Positions 27,168 to 30,919 of a stretch of 30,919 nt of DNA are shown here, piece after piece. The stretch's first letter is position 1. Each line of letters begins with the position of its first letter. Source of the DNA: Patescibacteria group bacterium (GTDB taxonomy: Bacteria > Patescibacteriota > WWE3 > UBA101185 > UBA10185). The position numbers were made by a program, and so were the translations under genes. Under the pieces are notes generated by a model that worked only from the letters and a program-made list of their open reading frames with translations, was not told where the DNA came from and made no database searches. Location: NCBI GenBank assembly GCA_022710505.1, contig JAKLGS010000001.1, positions 1 through 30,919 of the forward strand, read 5' to 3'.

Positions 27168-27273
27168 GGTAGTTTCCTATAAAATCAACAGCTTTGTCCC
27201 TTTTATTACTTTTCTTTAACCGGAGTAAAAATTTCCAATAATGGTTTGTTCTTGTGTTAAAATAAATGTGTCG

Positions 27274-27360
27274 GCCGTGGTGGCGGAATGGCATACGCGG
27301 TGGTCTCAAAAACCACTGGGATCTAATCCCGTGTGGGTTCGACTCCCACCCACGGCACCA
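27274..27360 (+). tRNA. tRNA-Leu: tRNA-Leu (CAA)
   Basis: GCCGTGG/CCACGGC acceptor, GTGGT-CTCAAAA-ACCAC anticodon arm, long variable arm, CCA. Confidence 0.97.
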
Positions 27361-27420
27361 TTATTAAAGCTAATCGATTACTAATCTTTTAGATTTAAGA
27401 TTTATCCAGATAAAGTTATA

Positions 27421-27521
27421 GTGGGAGGAGAATGCCACAGGCGCGACGGCGCCGAGGCGGGGTCGACGGTTCTGCTAGCAAGCAGAAACCGGTAATCGGT
27501 CTCCCACCCACGGCACCATTA
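27421..27521 (+). repeat. Orphan att-like duplicate of the tRNA-Leu 3' end with GC-rich branched hairpin
   Basis: 27501-27521 is identical to 27343-27363 (21 bp); GTGGGAG / CTCCCAC closing stem. Confidence 0.85.
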
Positions 27522-27599
27522 CTTATTTAGATAGATAAGAATAATCCTAAAATAAAATTAAGAATATTGTAAGAAACCTACATTATTCTAAAATAAAAA

Positions 27600-27629
27600 A
27601 AGGTAGAAAAAATAAATTCTTTCTACCTT
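27600..27629 (-). terminator. Terminator for glpX
   Basis: AAGGTAGAAA / TTTCTACCTT stem with a preceding A-run. Confidence 0.65.
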
Positions 27630-27666
27630 GTTGAGTAAAACTATCTTCTTCTATTTCCCAAAATTT

Positions 27667-28683
27667 TTATAGTCTGTACTCTGATCTTGATTTATCAAAC
27701 TCAGTTTGATTCAAAATATGGGTTTTTGAAATAAATTCAATCCCACCTTTTGTGATAAGTAAGCTGTTGGTTTTTGCACCTCCACCAAAGAAACTTACTC
27801 CGTCCAAGATGTGCTTGGTGGCAGTTGATAGAGATGTGACAGCTGTGACACAGAAGATTAAATGATCTCCCCGAGCAAGATCGTTTTGGGTGTAGACCTT
27901 GTTTAAATCAACTCCCATAGAGATTAATCTTTCTTTATCTTTATCATCTCGAGTCCAGAACTTTGCCTGCATTTCCCCACCCAGCATTTTTACTGCTGTT
28001 GCAGTTATTACTCCTTCGGGAGATGCACCAATTCCCATCAAGGCGTGAGTGCTTGCTCCCGAGATACAAGTTAAAATTCCGGGAATTAAATCACCGTCAG
28101 CTATTACTTGAGCTCTCGCTCCAGTTGCCCTGATCCTGTTAATTAATTCGTGGTTTCTATCCCGGTCCAAAACTGTGATTGTTAGGTCATCTACATCTCG
28201 GTTTAGAGTTGCTGCAATGATAGAGATATTTGCCTCAACGGAATTTAATATGTTAATTTTTCCTGCCACTTTCGGACCAACAACAAGTTTGTCCATATAC
28301 CCATCACTTGCAGAAATCAAACCTCCTGGGTTAGAAGCAGCCAGAACACATATTGCATTTGGTCCTAGCTTCGCGGTGGCATTGGTGTTTTCAAGAGGAT
28401 CTACAGCTAAATCAATATGAAAAGGACCGTCACCTATCTCCTCACCTATGAATAACATCGGAGCTTCATCACGCTCACCTTCGCCAATTTTTACAGTTGT
28501 CTTTGTTCCTTTTATTTCCCCCAAATTTTTTCTCATAGCATTTACCGCGGCCTCATCGGCTGTGTTTTTATCACCATGTCCTGCGGCTCTGGCTGCACTT
28601 ACAGCCGCCATTTGGGTTACATAGAGCAACTTTCCCTCTAAATCCCTGAATTTCTCCAGGTCAAAACTTTGCAGTATTGTCAT
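27667..28683 (-). CDS. glpX: Class II fructose-1,6-bisphosphatase; ATG 28683 preferred
   Basis: GDKNTADEAAV, IGEGERDEAPML, DLAVDPLE, YMDKL, DRDRN, DGDL, PEGV; AGGAG SD. Confidence 0.95.
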   Translation of the reverse strand: MTILQSFDLEKFRDLEGKLLYVTQMAAVSAARAAGHGDKNTADEAAVNAMRKNLGEIKGTKTTVKIGEGERDEAPMLFIGEEIGDGPFHIDLAVDPLENTNATAKLGPNAICVLAASNPGGLISASDGYMDKLVVGPKVAGKINILNSVEANISIIAATLNRDVDDLTITVLDRDRNHELINRIRATGARAQVIADGDLIPGILTCISGASTHALMGIGASPEGVITATAVKMLGGEMQAKFWTRDDKDKERLISMGVDLNKVYTQNDLARGDHLIFCVTAVTSLSTATKHILDGVSFFGGGAKTNSLLITKGGIEFISKTHILNQTEFDKSRSEYRL

Positions 28684-28778
28684 TTTTCTCTCCTTTTTTG
28701 GTATGATTTTTACCCTTTTTAGTTTTTGGGATAAGATTATATCAAAATAAAACAAAAAAGTGGTAGAATATCCAACGT

Positions 28779-29330
28779 ATGGTAGTTACAGATTTAAAAA
28801 ACGGAACAATATTTAAAGAAAACGGCCACCCGTTTGTGGTTGTTAAATACCAGCACGTTAAAATTAGTCGAGGTAGCGCCCAAGTTAGAATAAAGATGAA
28901 AGACCTGATAACAGGTCAGGTTCTAGAAAAATCATGGCAATCAACAGCACACGTCGAAGATACCTATGTAGAAACAAAAAATGTTCAATATTTGTATAAA
29001 GATAGTGGTTATGTTTTCATGGATCCTGACACCTATGATCAATTTACGATTAGCGAAGATATAATTGGTGATTCCGCTGCATTCTTAAAAGAAGGTGAGA
29101 AAGTAATGGTCAAATATTTTGAAGGAACTCCAATAATTGTTGATCTCCCTATAACTATGGTTTTTGAAATTAAATACACTGAACCCGGCTTTAAGGGAAA
29201 TACAGTTACAAATGTCTATAAGGATGCAGAAATCGAGAATGGTACAAAAGTAAAGGTGCCGACATTCATCAAAATAGGGGATAAAATAAAAGTAGATACC
29301 AGAAGCGGTGAGTATGTATCTAAGGCTTAA
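28779..29330 (+). CDS. efp: Elongation factor P
   Basis: DLKNG, QYLYKD, FMDPDTYDQ, PGFKGNT, VPTFIKIGDKIKVDTRSGEYVS. Confidence 0.96.
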   Translation: MVVTDLKNGTIFKENGHPFVVVKYQHVKISRGSAQVRIKMKDLITGQVLEKSWQSTAHVEDTYVETKNVQYLYKDSGYVFMDPDTYDQFTISEDIIGDSAAFLKEGEKVMVKYFEGTPIIVDLPITMVFEIKYTEPGFKGNTVTNVYKDAEIENGTKVKVPTFIKIGDKIKVDTRSGEYVSKA

Positions 29331-29339
29331 AAATTAAAA

Positions 29340-30386
29340 ATGATTCCTGAAAGTATAAACCAAGGATTTGGAAATATCAGTACTATTTTAATATTCGCTG
29401 TTATAGGTTTTATTTGCTGGGTTTTTATACTTTGGGGTGAGTCAAAAAAAGATGGTTTTAACACCCAGAGGTTTTTCGATTTGTCTTTTATCTCCCTAAT
29501 AATTTCCGGTTTATTAACATATATTATATTCAGAGTAGTTTCATGGACAAAAATTTATCATCCCTACCACATCATTTTGAGTGTAGATGAAGAACTGTTA
29601 TACAGTATGTCCGTCTTCATTATTTCGCTGTTTCCGATTTATTATTACAGAAAAAAATATAATTGGTCTGTTTTTAGAATCCTAGACATTTATTCTTTGG
29701 GATTTTCAATACTTCTACTCATTGTGAGTATCGGTAGGTACTTAATATCGGGGCAACGAGAGTATGCAATTTTGTTTTTTATTCTCTCTGTCTTATATTT
29801 GCTACTTATAAGAAGAAGGGGATACAGATTTGTTTCAGGTATGGTATTTTCTGTCTTTTGTTTGTTTATAAGTGTTTCCCTTATCACCTTTTTAAGAAAG
29901 GGTGGCTCTTTACTATTCGCCTCAATTCTGTTTACAATAGGAGTTGTAAATTTGTATTTTAGAGGTAAACAAAATATGTCAAAAAATATATTGCCGGAAC
30001 ATTTCTTAGAAAAACTAAAAAATAAATTAATAAATAAAGATAAAAGACTCTCACAACAGCAGAAGTCTTTGATACAGAACGATCCCTATCTTCAACAGGG
30101 TAGAGCAACGGACAATGCAGAGACCTTGGATGACGTTCTTGAGGATACAAGTAAAAATGTTACAGACGCAGTGTTGCACAATGTGAAGAGTGTAAGAGTC
30201 CAGGTCAGAAAAGCTCTAGCAAGAATTAACATTGGTAAATATGGAAAATGTGAGGTTTGTGGAAAACCGATAGATAAAGCCAGGCTCGAGGTTTATCCCG
30301 AGGCTACAACTTGTATAGATTGTGCTACTGATCATTCCCAGATTGAAGAGGTTAAGGAAGATGAGATGTTAGAGAAAAATTTATAG
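29340..30386 (+). CDS. In-frame fusion of an Lgt-like membrane domain and a DksA/TraR C4 zinc-finger protein
   Basis: TM region with LDIYS...SIGRYLISG; C-terminal YGKCEVCGKPIDKARLEVYPEATTCIDC; internal ATG 29976. Confidence 0.8.
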   Translation: MIPESINQGFGNISTILIFAVIGFICWVFILWGESKKDGFNTQRFFDLSFISLIISGLLTYIIFRVVSWTKIYHPYHIILSVDEELLYSMSVFIISLFPIYYYRKKYNWSVFRILDIYSLGFSILLLIVSIGRYLISGQREYAILFFILSVLYLLLIRRRGYRFVSGMVFSVFCLFISVSLITFLRKGGSLLFASILFTIGVVNLYFRGKQNMSKNILPEHFLEKLKNKLINKDKRLSQQQKSLIQNDPYLQQGRATDNAETLDDVLEDTSKNVTDAVLHNVKSVRVQVRKALARINIGKYGKCEVCGKPIDKARLEVYPEATTCIDCATDHSQIEEVKEDEMLEKNL

Positions 30387-30700
30387 TGTTTGAAGCAACC
30401 TACAATTGTAATTATTTGTTATTTAATCAAATATCCTTAGGATTGTTCATTTTTTCTTCGTTAATATTGCTTTTATCTTTTATTGTATTTGTAAAAAGAA
30501 GCTTTAAAGAAAATATTTATGTCGATATTGGATGGTTGTTGATATCTATAGGCGGGCTAAGTAATATTTATGAATGGGCAAGATACGGTTGTGTTAGAGA
30601 TTATCTAAATTTTTTAAATTTGTTTAAGTTTAATGTAGCTGATTTCTTGATTTCGACAGGTATAATCTTAGTTGTTATTGGAATATGGAAAAAGAAATAA
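30386..30700 (+). CDS. lspA: Signal peptidase II (short, divergent)
   Basis: GGLSN, VRDY and FNVAD motifs. Confidence 0.8.
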   Translation: MFEATYNCNYLLFNQISLGLFIFSSLILLLSFIVFVKRSFKENIYVDIGWLLISIGGLSNIYEWARYGCVRDYLNFLNLFKFNVADFLISTGIILVVIGIWKKK

Positions 30701-30919
30701 AAATAATATTTGAAGATAGAAATATTTTAATATTGGACAAGTGGTCCGGATTGGTTGTAAACAGGTCAAATACTTACAAAGAGACTACGTTGCAAGATAT
30801 TTTAGAAAAAACATACCCCGAGCTTTATTTGAATGTATCCGATCAAGAGTACTTGAGCAGATCGGGATTAGTACACAGACTAGACAAAGATACCTCAGGT
30901 ATTGTAGCAGTTGCCAAAA
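30685..30919 (+). CDS. RluA/RluD-family pseudouridine synthase (partial, runs off window; not in ORF track)
   Basis: MEKEIKIIFED...DKWSGLVV...SGLVHRLDKDTSGIVAVAK. Confidence 0.93.
   Translation, partial: MEKEIKIIFEDRNILILDKWSGLVVNRSNTYKETTLQDILEKTYPELYLNVSDQEYLSRSGLVHRLDKDTSGIVAVAK

Noticed and set aside
30386-30700. lspA as a pseudogene
   Set aside because: Short and divergent (NIYEW for NxxDR), but both catalytic Asp motifs (VRD, FNVAD) are retained.
1-30919. CRISPR array or cas genes
   Set aside because: No regularly spaced repeat-spacer series and no Cas-like ORFs; repeats found are att copies, iterons and terminators.
1-30919. Stop-codon reassignment (TGA as Gly or Trp)
   Set aside because: Genes end cleanly at TGA (1329, 9412) and housekeeping genes are intact under code 11.

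Overview
Low-GC bacterial chromosome segment. Its gene content and style (short RF1, GlmL-like pair, CxxC-x17-CxxC protein, lgt-like/DksA-lspA-RluA block) suggest a Patescibacteria (CPR) genome; this taxonomy is inference. Housekeeping genes occupy both ends: rpsR, an S41 protease, prfA, rpmE and hisS on the left; an MBL hydrolase, dnaB, tRNA-Leu, glpX, efp, lspA and an RluA-family gene on the right. About 7.8-25 kb is accessory. The main object is a 7436-bp element integrated in the 3' end of tRNA-His(GTG), bounded by a 22-bp direct repeat (17525-17546 / 24961-24982). It encodes a small-terminase-like protein, an iteron-containing replication initiator, a DnaB-like helicase, cargo and a large serine recombinase, but no capsid, portal or large terminase, so it looks like a phage satellite. 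The recombinase ORF reads through the att core, so its C-terminus should differ between integrated and excised states. The duplicated tRNA end is fused to a branched hairpin module. A second module with the same layout and motifs (GAGAAT, GGGGTCG) sits at an orphan duplicated 3' end of tRNA-Leu(CAA). All family calls are by motif recognition only; no searches were run.
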